Of a DNA stretch of 64,000 nucleotides, positions 52,423-64,000 are shown in pieces. The stretch comes from Lama guanicoe (taxonomy: Eukaryota). The DNA lies in the NCBI GenBank assembly GCA_013239625.1, contig MU054001.1:6931078-6995077 (forward strand). Direction: 5' to 3'. The notes beneath the pieces are model-generated. The model had not been told where the DNA came from, made no database searches, and saw nothing but the letters and a program-made list of their open reading frames with translations. Within the stretch, counting starts at the first letter, position 1. Every line of letters starts with the position of its first letter. A program made the position numbers and the translations under genes.

Positions 52423-55400
52423 CTATGAGAGAAAAAAAGTTTTTTTAACGTTTCAAAATCCCTATGTTTATAAATGAGTAAAAAAAAGTAAGCTTGTTCA
52501 CTTTAAAATGTCTACTTTAATTAAGGTAATGCAGAATAAGATACCAAAATGGTAAGTGGAAATAGAAGCAAACACACTGATTTTTCACTATCCCTTCCAC
52601 TCTGAGCATTCCAAGACATCCTGAAGACAGCTAACACTTATCAAGCACTGAACCAAGCACTTTAATAGTATTATCTCATTCAGTCCTCACCACAATTCTA
52701 TGAAATGGGTGCTAACATTAATCACATTTTATAGATTAGGAAATTGAGGCTCACAGAAATTGTTACTTTCCTAAAATCACAAACGGTATGTAGTAAAGCA
52801 GGATTTGAACCTAAGCACTTTGGCTTCAGATGTATTCTTAATTACACAATACTTCTATAAATAACTGCTTGGAAAACTGGTCTTATCAAATGGTGAACTG
52901 CCAGGATTTAGTTCAAATCCTACTCTTGCCAAGGCAAGCTGCTAAAGCAGCTCAGGGCTGTTCACAGCATTAAACCCACTGTACACTGATCCCACTGCAC
53001 TAATTTCAACGTTCATCTGGTGTCCGTATACCTCACCCTCTGCTGGAGGTTCAAGCACAGTCTTTTTCTTCTTCCGTGATGGAGGAGCTGAATCACCAGG
53101 CTCTTCTTTAGGGGAATAAAAAGTATCATCAGGGTTAATTTTTCCCTTATTGTCAATTTTAGTTTTGGGGTATATTTTAGATCACAAATAAAAATTAGAT
53201 ACCTTGACTGACCAAATATCAGGATAAGGAGAAGGCAAATAATCTTGCCCTTCTCTTGAATTTGGCTTTTCTTGTCAGACTTGAGAATCATTTCTATTCC
53301 AGCATACGTATATGGAGGCTGGTATTTAACACTGGAGCACATTAACAGAGAATCTATTTTCTAGGCATGAATTAATGGAATTACAGGGTTTTTAAAAAGT
53401 AAGCTATTTTATTTGAAAATTAGAAAAAAAATTTCTCACTAAAACTTTTTAGATCTACATTAAATATAATCAGAAAGCAGCTAGTTTGCAAGTTTGCAAA
53501 TATATGACTTTTACCAGCAGGTTTTACATTTTCAAATGACATGTTTTTAAAACATGGAATGAATACTCACTGTCGATCTGCTGCCCAATCTTCTCTAATT
53601 GTTTACAGAGTCGGTCAAATATGGCTTTTTTCACACCAGATGTGGCTGCCATTTTACTTTTGTCCACCTTTAGCCTTAGAATCCTACAAAAGAATTTGAT
53701 ATATTACTGCTCTTAAGGCCAGTACATTCATCTTCTCTGGCCTACCAGATTATTAACAAATTTCCTTTCCACCCATCCTTTATGATGAGCTGTCTAGTTC
53801 TCCCTTTATTCTAAACAATTATCATTAGCTATAACCATGCAAATTTGTCTTTTAAAGCTATTATTTAGTTATTTATTGGACTACTAGAGTTAAAATGCAC
53901 ATAGGATCTGTTATGGAACAAATGGGGCATAGGAAAGACATCTGCTACAGTGCTTCATGTCTGATAGAACTCTTTCTAGTAAATCTCAGATGTCACCAGT
54001 TTGCTGAATGACATTACAGCATTTTTAAGTGTTCAATTCACTTTAACCCATGATGCTTATATTTACTACTACAAGAATATAAACCATCCTCCCCTCCAAA
54101 AAAACTTCCCTAATAACATTCCACAACAGTCACTAACGAAAAATACAAAACAAACTTTTGAATCTGGTCACTTGGCTACTCTTCCTAATGTTATTAAGGA
54201 AAATATGCTTGGAGTTGAAATCAACTAAATTAGAAGTATTCTTTGGAAATGAGAAATCTATTTATAAATTATGGACTTTTCTGAATGTTACAAGGCACAC
54301 TTACTTGCACGCTGTCAGTAGTGCAGCAGTGGTGAAGAGCGGCCTGGATAAGTCAAGATCCACTTGTGGTGTTTGTGGAAGACTGGACTCATAGCTAAGG
54401 GAAAGCAGTGTTTGTAGAATTATTTGTTAGAAAATATTATTTCAAAGGGACCAAAAATGCATATCAGAACTTATAAGCTATTTAAATGCATAAGATATGC
54501 ATTATGACACATCAGCCTATTAGTTAGTTTTAAGACTGAAAATTAACAGAACACTGAATACTTCTACTTTATATACCAGTACAGATATTCAATTACATGC
54601 TTCATACCTTTGCAGTATCTCTGAAGCCATATTCACTGCTTCTGTGCAGCTAAACTGTACAGCTAGGTCTCTTATTCCAATATTCGAGTTCAGGCCCAGT
54701 AAACACTCAAAAGATTTCAGACAGCTCTGATACATCTTCTTGTTCAAACCAGAAAGTTTAATTAAATAAGCCTTTGAAAGGAAAAATACATGAATCATAA
54801 AAATCCTAAGTGCTCCATATTACTGCCTTTAAAGATTTGTTTAATAAGTCAACTTTTCAAAATAAATTAATTCTGTGGCAAGTCACTGCACCTAAAGGTT
54901 TAGCTTCATTTAGTCAAAAATCAGTAATCATGTCAGGCAAGTTAAGTCCTGCTGACAAGAAGCTTATAGGAAGGCAGTCGTGCATGTGCACAGATACTTT
55001 AAAATACAACACAGTGTTTCTACAGCCAAGCTGTGAATAAAAAAAACATAGGAGACGCATATATGATCACTTGTTTTAACAAAGGTGCCAATGTGCAATT
55101 TTTTTTTGAAAAGGAAGGAGGGAAGCAGTGGGAGTAGAGTTGGGAGGGTGAGTGTGTGAAGGAAGGAAAGGGAGAGGAGAGGGAAACTGGGAGAGAAACA
55201 GGAGGATCAACAACTGAGGGACACCAACTCTGCTCAGGAAAGGAAAGCTTAATAAAGGATGTAACAGCAAGGCAGGGTCATTTTAAGACAAACAGCTTGC
55301 CAGAAGAGCATTCCAGGTTTTAGAGAAAAAAGGTGTTGCATTTACAAAGTCACAAGGTGCAAGGTCTGTTAAGTGAATAGTGTAGCTTGAGGTTAGGGTT

Positions 55401-57406
55401 CAAGAGAGGCTGGAGAGTTTGATGGTAATGGGGAGCCAACACACTGGGAGCTAATGGTTTCTTTAATGCCACCATTTAATCTATGTACCATTGTGTGACA
55501 GGTACTGTGTTATTCTGTTACATACAGTACACTGTCTCATCCTTACAATAATCCAGTGAAATGGATATTCTTATCCCCACTTTATGGGTGAGGAAACTAG
55601 AGACTCAGAGAGTAATGGTGGTGCTGAAATTTGGTCTCAACATGTGACTCTTCTGACTCCATAGCTTGTGCTCTTAACCACTATGTCACTGGCAGATAAA
55701 CACACATAGGTTTTAAAGTATCTTCTTTAGGACAATGATGCTGATGGCAGTGTGGAAGATGGCCTTGAGTGAAGAAAGAGGTGCCCAGGGAAACTAGACA
55801 GTAAAGAGACAGTAAAGAAAAAAAAATTTTTTGCCTCCAACTCAACAAAGTGGTTCTAAAGTTCATCTAGAAAAAGGTATGAGAATAGTCAGGAATATTC
55901 TAAAATACAAGATTTTGGCAGGGTCTAACCCAACCAGAGACTAAAAAGTATGATTAAATTTCAGCGTTGCACTAGAATATTCAGACACTCAGTGGGACCT
56001 ACTTACCCTGTCCAAGGGGCACTTCATGCAGGAAGCTGCAAGGTCCAGGCACATGACTGCATTGCTGGTTTCTGTGGTTCGTGCAGACAGGCCCATACAC
56101 TTCACGTGAGACAGCCGCAGGTACTCCTCTGCTTTCCTGAGCAACATATTCAGTAAAACTGTTTTCCAGGAGTTTGCCCAACACTTTGATAAACAATGAA
56201 TTCAGGCTGGTGGACTTCATTCTAAGCCTATGCAAGTTTCTTTGTGGCCGGGAATGAAAGTCACATCCTTTGGGGGAGGAAGGGATTCTACAAGGCAGAA
56301 CAAGCCCTCTGACTCCAGACACCAATGTGCTCAAGAGCTTTCAGGCAAAAATAAGTTTCTGAAATCCTCCACAAAAAAACCCCCTTCTTTCGGCCTTCCA
56401 TTACTGGACCAAGCATAAACTGTCACAAAGGCAGGTAGGTGAGACCAGGGTTCCTTTTTCCTCTAAGTCAGTGGTCCTCAAACTTTAGTGTACATGGCAG
56501 TCACCTTAGGGCTTGTGAAAACAAATTGCTGGGTCCCAGCCCAGAGTTTCTGATCAGTAAGGCCTAGAGAGGGGCCCAGGTATGTGCATATCCACCAAAT
56601 GCCAAGATGATACGGATGCTGCTGGTCCAGGGACCACACTTTGAGAATCGCTGTTTTAAACGGTTACATGCTACAGAGGTCGTACGTCAAACCTTTCAAG
56701 ATGTGCTCCTTTCCTTCCCTTCCCTCACCTAATCGATAGCTCAGGCACCTGGCCTAGTCCTGCCCTCCACAGTTTAGCTACAGTACTTTATTTCTAATCC
56801 TAGAACATGCAAAGGTCCTTCCCATCCCAGGGCTTTTGCACAGGCTGTTGTCTCTGCTTGGGCCCTCTTCCCACATCTTTCCGTGGTTGGCACCTTCTAT
56901 CAGCGCAAATAGCACCCCCTCCGAGGCTTTCTCTCAAGTTTTTTTAAATTAAAGGCAGCCGCCAGGTCGCGCTCCGCCCCGCCCCCGGTGGGTCCGCACA
57001 CCACCCCTACCCGGTTTCGTTCTCTACGTAGTTGTTGTCACCACAGACAGGGCCCTCCAGGGGGTCTGTACCCCGTCCATTTGCTTCAGTGCCATAAACA
57101 GGCCCTCAATTAAGTATCTGCGGCACCACCCAAGTTCTCCGACTCTTTTCCTACCACCGTGCAACCCTCACAGCTGGTTGTTCCCGGGGACGTCTACACT
57201 CGGCCCTCTGACCATCTCACATAAGCCCACTGCCCGGAAGCTTTTCTCGAGGTGGGCCTAAATCCCGCCGTCGCGTGGGAAAGGCACGGGCCCCGTATCA
57301 GGAGGGCGCCGGGCTGCTGGGGCGTGCGCGGCCGGACTCACCTCAGGACCTCCGGCTCGGCTATGCCCAGGCGCGAAGCTAAACGGCGGACTAGACCAGA
57401 TTCCAT
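52295..57406 (-). CDS. ORC6: Origin recognition complex subunit 6, spliced CDS, 7 exons, 759 nt = 252 aa + stop
   Basis: complement(join(52295-52422,53037-53105,53571-53683,54305-54394,54608-54771,56007-56136,57342-57406)). MESGLVRRLASRLGIAEPEVLRKAEEYLRLS...DYEEWKRRILENA; all introns GT-AG. Confidence 0.97.
53037..53105 (-). CDS. ORC6: ORC6 exon 6 (EPGDSAPPSRKKKKTVLEPPAE)
   Basis: CCTAAAG| acceptor; G|GTGAGG donor; 69 nt; basic NLS-like stretch. Confidence 0.9.
53571..53683 (-). CDS. ORC6: ORC6 exon 5 (ILRLKVDKSKMAATSGVKKAIFDRLCKQLEKIGQQID)
   Basis: TTTGTAG| acceptor; |GTGAGT donor; 113 nt. Confidence 0.95.
54305..54394 (-). CDS. ORC6: ORC6 exon 4 (YESSLPQTPQVDLDLSRPLFTTAALLTAC)
   Basis: CCTTAG| acceptor; |GTAAGT donor; 90 nt. 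Confidence 0.95.
54608..54771 (-). CDS. ORC6: ORC6 exon 3 (AYLIKLSGLNKKMYQSCLKSFECLLGL...EILQ)
   Basis: TTCAAAG| acceptor; |GTATGA donor; 164 nt. Confidence 0.95.
56007..56136 (-). CDS. ORC6: ORC6 exon 2 (KAEEYLRLSHVKC...KCPLDR)
   Basis: CTCAG| acceptor; |GTAAGT donor; 130 nt. Confidence 0.95.
56469..56653. mobile_element. MER5A-like hAT MITE
   Basis: Terminal inverted repeats CAGTGGTCCTCAAA / TTTGAGAATCGCTG; ~185 bp. Confidence 0.8.
57342..57406 (-). CDS. ORC6: ORC6 exon 1 coding part (MESGLVRRLASRLGIAEPEVL)
   Basis: GCCATGG Kozak context on the - strand; AG|GTGAGT donor; 65 nt. Confidence 0.95.
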
Positions 57407-57973
57407 GGCGGGGACAAGGAAAACTCGCGCAAACGGCTGCTACGCGACGAAACCCGCGCGCAGACGCGACACTCGCCAATGAGGGCCGGGTCTTACCCAC
57501 CACGGCATCTGGATTGGTTGGGACGAGATGTTGAGCCCGCCCCACAAACCAATCCTGGTCTTCCTTCTGCGCATGAGCTCTGCGAGTGTACCGTCCAAGG
57601 AAGAAAGCGAACATGGTCGGGCGGCTCCCACTCCTTCCATTCCTCCCTTCTTGACAGACTCAAACGTTGCCCTTCCCTCCTGCAGTCTCCTTCCTGCTGT
57701 CGAGAGACTCACAGCTACTCTGCACCGCCCCGCCCTTTCACATACTGTGGAAGGATTGGCTGGCACCTAGGTCCGTCAGCCCAGCGTGAAGTGACAAGGG
57801 CCAATAACTACACGAGACTTGAGGTTCCTAGAAGCGGACCAATCGGGGAGCCGCCTGCAGGGTCCGAAGGCGGGGCTAGAGGGGGCGGGGCTTGGAGGGG
57901 CCGCAGAGTCACCTGACCGCGGGAGGCTCCGCGCGGGGTGGGTGCTGCTTGCTGCAGGCTCTGGGGAGTCGCC

Positions 57974-57976
57974 ATG
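57974..57976 (+). CDS. VPS35: VPS35 exon 1 coding part (initiator ATG only); rest of the gene lies beyond the window
   Basis: GTCGCCATG|GTGAGT in the CpG island, head-to-head with ORC6. Identity rests on the known ORC6-VPS35 synteny and ATG-only first exon; no protein sequence is visible. Confidence 0.8.
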
Positions 57977-59528
57977 GTGAGTGCTGAGGGGCGCCGGGCT
58001 CCCGGCCGACCCTTCTGCCAGCCCCTGCTCACTCCCACCGCTTTTGAGTCCTGCGGGCTGAGTTGGGGCCCGGCAGCCCGATCGGGGCTAATACGGACCC
58101 GGCTTGGCCTGCGGAATGGGGGACAGGCCGGGGAAGGCCGCAGGCGGGCCGATCGGGGCCAGGGTGGGCGGTGGCGCCTGGCCTTGGCCGTTGCTCTTTG
58201 AGGGGGAGTATCCTCTTGTTGATTCTGGGGGTCGCAGAGTCTTGCAGCCTCGCTGCGTGGATTCGGCCACCGCCCCGTTTTGCGGAGATCCCAAGTGCCG
58301 GGTCTGGGCATCTGGCTGGAACGGGGGCGTGCGGAGGGCCTGAGGCTCAGAGGTAGCATTGGGACCCGCCCAGGGCTTGCTCCCTTGCTGGCGTTTCCAC
58401 CTTCGTCCCTAGTAGTGCTTTCTTGTCCCTTTCTTGTGCAAAAAGTACCTTCCGGAGGGGACGTAATGGTGCTTGGGCCTTTCTTGGCCTCTTAATCTCT
58501 TTTGATGCAGTGTGTGTAGGATAATTGTAGGGACTCACTTAACGTGAATTTCCTGGAAGGTTTCATGCAATCTGATATCCATTAATTCTGAGACACGGAA
58601 GGGAGTCTGCTTGTTTCCTTAACATTTGTTCGTTGGGCGCCTTGGCTCTCTTACTGATCTCCCCATCGATGAAATCCAAGTATTTTACTTACTGGAGGTA
58701 GGCATCCTCCTTAGCGCCTCTCCCTGCCTCTCCCTGATGGCAGCAAATCGTGGTGTGGCTCTTGGCCGGTGAATTTGGGAACTTCCTCAAAATGTGAATC
58801 CATGTATCTAGTTTACCAAAGGCAAGTTGTTACTTGCATTTTATCAGCGGTTGACATAGTCTGCACTGTATAAATAATGTTTTTGAATTTTGGAACATTA
58901 TCTCACTGTTCACTTTGTGTAGACCGGCTTCTGAGAGCCTGTAAACCTGGAAACAGGCTTCACTTTAAATGTGTTAATGCCAGAAAGCAGGATTAAATGT
59001 TTGACATTTATTACTTTCATATAACATAATGCCATACAAGGTAATTTTGCTTATTTCTCAGTATTTTTAGTTGGAAATTGATGTAAGAACGGTGCAGAGA
59101 TTAAACTAGGATTTGTCTGTTTTCTCAAAATTTAGGGATTAACGTTTATAGTGTTTTCCAATCAAAGCCTTAATTGAGGGTCCAGTATATATATATCTCT
59201 GTTCTGTACTGGATGAACCAGTCTGGAGCAGGAAGCCAAACACACAGTCCTGTCCTCATGAACTGTATTGAGAAAGAAAACTTTGAGTAGCAGTCTTGTC
59301 ACATCCACTGTCTTTGTGACTTGGGCAAGTCACTCAGTCTTCTTTGAGTCTCACTTGTGCAGCTGAAAACAAATGTTGGCGTCTTTGGCCCTTCCCAATA
59401 CAAAACTTTTAGGATCCAGTGCAATTCATCATGCATCATATGTGTCTTCTATGTCATGGACTATGCTGAACACTGGGAACATAGCTCTTGCTCTCAAAGA
59501 ACTTGAAAGAGTCTAGCATGTGGAACTT

Positions 59529-60028
59529 GTTCTTTAAATTCAAGTATAGTTGATTTACAATGTGTTAGTTTCAGGTGTATAGCAAAGTTATATTCTATAC
59601 ATATATACATATATATTCTTTTTCAGATTCTTTTCTATTATAGATTATTGTAAGATACTGAATATAGTCCCATGTGCTATACAGTAGGTCCTTGTTGTTC
59701 ATCTATTTTATATATAGTAGTGTGTATATGTTAACCCCAAACTCCTAACTTATCCCTCTCCCCACCTCCTTTCCCACTTGGGTAATCATAGTTTGTTTTC
59801 TATGTCTTTAAGTCTATTTCTGTTTTGTAAATAAATTCATTTGTATCGTTTTTTTTTTAAAGACTCCTCATATAAGTGATATTCGTGTTTCTCTGACTTA
59901 CTTCACTTATTATGATAATCTCTGGGTCCATCCATATTGCTGCAAATGGCATTATTTCATTCTTTTTTATGGCTGAGTAATATTCCATATATATGGAATA
60001 TGTATATATGTGTGTGTGTGTACATGTG

Positions 60029-60085
<57 letters not shown>

Positions 60086-61601
60086 CACAACTTCTTTATC
60101 CATTCATCTGTTGATGGACACTTAGGTAGCTTCCATGTCTTGGCTATTGTATATAGTGCTGCTGTGAACACTGGGGTGCATGCATCATTTTGAATTATAG
60201 ATTTCTCTGGATATATGCCTAGAGTGGGATTGCTGAATCATATGGTAACTATTTTTAGTTTTTTAAGGAACCTCCATTCTGTTCTCCATAGTGGCTGCAC
60301 CAGTTTACATTCCCACAAGCAGAGCAGGAGGTTCCTTTTTCCCCACACCCTCTCCAGCATTTATTATTTGTAGACTTTTTAAAGATGACCATTCTCACTG
60401 GTTTGGGAAGGTTTGATTTGCATTTCTCTAATAGCGATATTGAGCTTCTTTTCATGTACCTTTTGGCCATCTGGATGTCTTCTTTGGAGAAATACCTATT
60501 TAGATCTTCTGCCCATTTTTAAATTGGATTTTTTATTTTTATTAAAATTAAGCTGTATGAGCTGTTTGTGTATTTTGAAAATTAATCCCTTGTTGGTCTC
60601 ATCATTTGTAAATATTTTCTCCCATTCTGTAGGTTGTCTTTTCATTTTGTTTATGGTTTTCTTTGTTGTGCAGATGCTTTTAAGTTTATTTAGGTCCCAT
60701 TTGTTTATTTTTGCTTCTATTTCTGTTACTCGAGAGATGAGTCCAAAAAATATTGCTGTAATTTATATTAAAGAATGTTCTGCCTTAGTTTTCCTCTAGG
60801 AGTTTCAGAGTGTCCAGTCTTACATTTAGTCTTTAATCCATTTTGAGTTTATTTTTGTATATGGTGTTAGAGAATGTTCTAGTTTCATTCTTTTACATGT
60901 AGCTGTCCAGTTTTCCCAGCACTACTTATAGAAAAGACTGTCTTTTTTCCATTGTATTATTCTTACTTCCTTTATTGTAGATTAATTGACCCTAAGTGTG
61001 TGGGTTTATTTCTGAGCTTTTTATCCTGTTCCATTGATCTTTGTGTCTGTTTTTTGTGCCAGTACCATACTGTTTTGATTACTGTAGCTTTGTAATAGAG
61101 TCTGAAGTCAGGGGCATGATTCTTCCAGCTCTGTTCTTCATTCTCAAGACTGTTTGGCAGTTTGGAGTCTTTTATGTTTACATACAAATTTAACAATTTT
61201 TTTTGTTCTGGTTTTGTGAAAAATGCCATGGGTAGTTTCATAGGGATTGAGTTGAGCCTGTACGTTGCCTTGGATAGTATGGCTGTTTTGACAATATAGA
61301 TTCTTCCAAGCTACGAATACAGTATATCTTTCCACCTGTTTGTGTCATCTTCAATTTCTTTCATCCATGTCTTAACACTTTTTGAGTACAAGTCTTTTGC
61401 TTCCTTAGGTAGGTATTTTATTCTTTTTGATGTGGTGGTAAATGGATTGTTTCCTTAATTTCTTTTTCTGATATTTCATTGTTAGTGTATAGAAATGCAG
61501 CAGATTTCTGTATATTAATTTTGTATCCTGCAATTTTACCGAACTCATTCATAAGCTCTTGTAGCTTTTTGGTGGCTTCTTTAGGATTTTCTACACACTT
61601 T
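59529..61601 (-). mobile_element. 5'-truncated L1 (~2.1 kb; ORF2 C-terminus + 3'UTR) in VPS35 intron 1
   Basis: ORF2 remnants [20 protein letters not shown] and [25 protein letters not shown] at 59519-59528 and 61602-61611. Confidence 0.9.
60029..60084 (+). repeat. (TATC)14 tetranucleotide microsatellite inside the L1
   Basis: Directly visible perfect array. Confidence 0.95.
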
Positions 61602-62604
61602 TGTGGAACTTAATGTAATACAGTCTGAGGATTGCTTTAGCACTGTCAACTCAGTGTTGTGGCATGGAGGGAGAGATAGCTGTGCCTGGGGAGCTTGGGA
61701 AAGACCATGGGAAGTGACATGTGAACTGAGACTCTGAGAAAGGTGTGTGCTATCATAAGGTTCCTGGGGAAATTATTGATAAATGAAGTTGGAGACACTT
61801 TGGTACTAAAATTATGTTTGGTTGTTCCCATCCCTTTGTCATCCTTAGTTCTCCCTACTTCAGTTGCTATTTTGTGCTTTATCATTTTAAAAACATTACT
61901 TTCATTAACATAATGAAATTTTGTATCTTTGTGAGACTGGGTATTTTCATTTTACATTTGATTTGCATTGTGTTGTTAGATTACATCTACAGTGTATGAG
62001 TGGAGAGACTGACGAACAAGTAAGTTTCTAGAATGGGTGGAGATAATTGCTGGCTCTAAGAGGGATATAATAGTGGTAACACTTATGTGAGGTGCTAATT
62101 CCTAAGTGCTAAGCATTTTTCAAGTTTTATCTGTCACTTCATTTATTACTCATAGCAGTGATAGAACTACTCTTATTAGCCGTTTTTGATACAAGAAGAA
62201 ACGAAAGCACATTGTTTAAATGGTGAATAGTTTTATAAGTGATAATTTCATGGTGACCTTTGTTTTCTCTGCATCTTTTAACTGTGTAGACTTGGGAGAG
62301 CTGTTTAGCTTGGATCTCTAGTTAAAGTGGACCTAGTCACAATTGTAAATTAATCTTGAGTCTATAATGTTTCCATTTTTCCCTAATGTATGTAGCTGCT
62401 ACATGGGGAGTCATTTGTAAATGGAGGACCACTTCCATGAGTGAAGAATCATTGGTTACCTGGCTTGTGTTTAATGAGAGCACGTTCATGTTATAATGCT
62501 CTACATGACGTTTCCCAGGAAGGGCATCTCGATGCTTCTTTAGAATAGCCATGTGTGTAATAACTGCATTGTCTTATAAGTAATGTGTAAAAATGCATTT
62601 CTTT

Positions 62605-63137
62605 CTTTCTTTTTTTTTAATTTAAGTATAGTCAATTTACAGTGTTGTGTCAGTTTCTGGTGTACAGCGCAATACTTCAGTCATATAGGAACATACATAT
62701 ATTAGTTTTCATGTTCTTTTTCATTATAGGTTACTACAGGATATTGAATATAGTTCTCTGTGCTATGCAGAAGAAACTTGCTTATCTATTTTATATATAG
62801 TAGTTAGTATCTGCAAATCTTGAACTCCCAATTATTCCTTCCCACTCCCTTCTCATCCTGGTAACCATAAGCTTGTTTTCTATGTCTGTGAGTCTCTTTC
62901 TGTTTTGTAAGTAAGTTCATTTTGTCTTTTTTTTGAGATTCCACATATGAGTAATATGTGGTATTTTTCTTTTTCTTTCTGGCTTACTTCACTTAGAATG
63001 ACAGTCTCCAGGTCCATCCATGTTGCTGCAAATGGCTTTATTTTATTCTTTTTTATGACTGAGTAGTATTCCATTGTACAAATATACCATGATTTCTTTA
63101 TCCAGTCATCTGTCAATGGACATTTAGGTTGTTTCCA
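62605..63137 (-). mobile_element. Relatively young 5'-truncated L1
   Basis: ORF2 tail WIKKSWYICTMEYYS...FAATWMDLETVILSEVSQ; TSD TGTAAAAATGCATTTCTTT (62586-62604) / TGTAAAAATACATTTCTTT (63138-63156). Confidence 0.9.
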
Positions 63138-63404
63138 TGTAAAAATACATTTCTTTATTATAGCCTTATCTCTTCATTTGTAGCCTACTAATAAGTCTGT
63201 AATTTTCTTCAATTTGTATTTATATGTTTCTATTAATTTTAAACACAGTTGATACAAAATAGAAAACTTTTGCTAAAATTTTTATTTATTTGTTTGCAGA
63301 GTACTGAATCTAGTCAATTCTATACAAATATTTTTGTAATTGTTTGTATTCTCTTTATAAACAGTGTTTTTTGTTTTTGTCATTTTTTTGTTTTTGTTTT
63401 TTTG

Positions 63405-63885
63405 CTATATAATTATTATGCACAATAGCCAAAAGGTGGAAGCAACCCAGATGTCCATCAACAGGTGACTGGATAAACAAAATGGTTCATATACACAATG
63501 AAATTTTATTTAGCCTTAAAAAGGAAGAAAATTTTGACATAATGCTACAACATGGATAAGCCTCGAAGATAATAGGCCGAGTGAACTAAGCCAGATACAA
63601 AAGGACAGATATTGTATGATTCCATTTATATGAGTTCCTAGAGAAGTAAAACTCTAGGGAAAGAAGGTAAAATGGTGGTTGGACGGAGTGGGGTTGGGGG
63701 GATAGGGAGTTACTGTTTAACAGGCACAGAGTTCCCTTTTGGACAGGTGAGAAAGTTCTGGAGATGGATGGTGGTGATGACTGTAAACAATGTGAATGTA
63801 CTTAACATATTGAACTGTACACTTTAAAATGGATGGAGTGGCAACTATTATGTTATATATATTTTACCACAATAAAAATTATAAA
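63405..63885 (+). mobile_element. L1 3' end (L1MB-like)
   Basis: CACAATAGCCAAAAGGTGGAAGCAACCCAGATGTCCATCAAC...ATATTTTACCACAATAAAA. Confidence 0.85.
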
Positions 63886-64000
63886 AATTTCTTGATGTAT
63901 CTTTATTTATCTCTAAGTTGGCCATCTGAACTTAATAGAAATCCATTGATTCTAATAATTGTTAAATCTATTGCATCTAGAGGTAAAGAGCAAAAAAAAA

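Larger units (their letters stand above)
56960..58340. promoter_or_regulatory. CpG island and bidirectional promoter of ORC6 (-) and VPS35 (+)
   Basis: High CpG density; start codons separated by 567 bp head-to-head; six CCAAT/ATTGG boxes; GC boxes (e.g. 57881-57891); NRF1-like TGCGCATGAG at 57568-57577. Confidence 0.9.

Noticed and set aside
57252..58495. Cluster of overlapping 68-183-aa ORFs on both strands
   Set aside because: Expected from stop-codon scarcity in a CpG island; only ORC6 exon 1 and the VPS35 ATG are supported.

Overview
Mammalian genomic DNA, most likely camelid (inferred from three Vic-1-type tRNA-derived SINEs). It covers the MYLK3-ORC6-VPS35 block. I reconstructed by hand the full 13-coding-exon MYLK3 (cardiac myosin light chain kinase; + strand, 17467-46490, 803 aa) and the full 7-exon ORC6 (- strand, 57406-52295, 252 aa); all introns are GT-AG and phases are consistent. 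The ATG-only first coding exon of VPS35 (+, 57974-57976) shares a CpG-island bidirectional promoter with ORC6. The least expected element is an intronless, ORF-intact EFCAB2/DRC8 retrocopy (ORF 1933-2427) with AATAAA, poly(A) tail and a perfect 15-bp target-site duplication, about 15 kb upstream of MYLK3 on the same strand. Other points worth checking: a ~170-bp local duplication whose two copies both keep a 9-nt microexon-like splice architecture, a MYLK3 uORF plus tandem in-frame start codons, absence of the exon-4 methionines, a nested ERV1-type solo LTR, and several rearranged L1 insertions. No prokaryote-type system (CRISPR, operon) is present. Gene and repeat-family names come from recall, not database searches.
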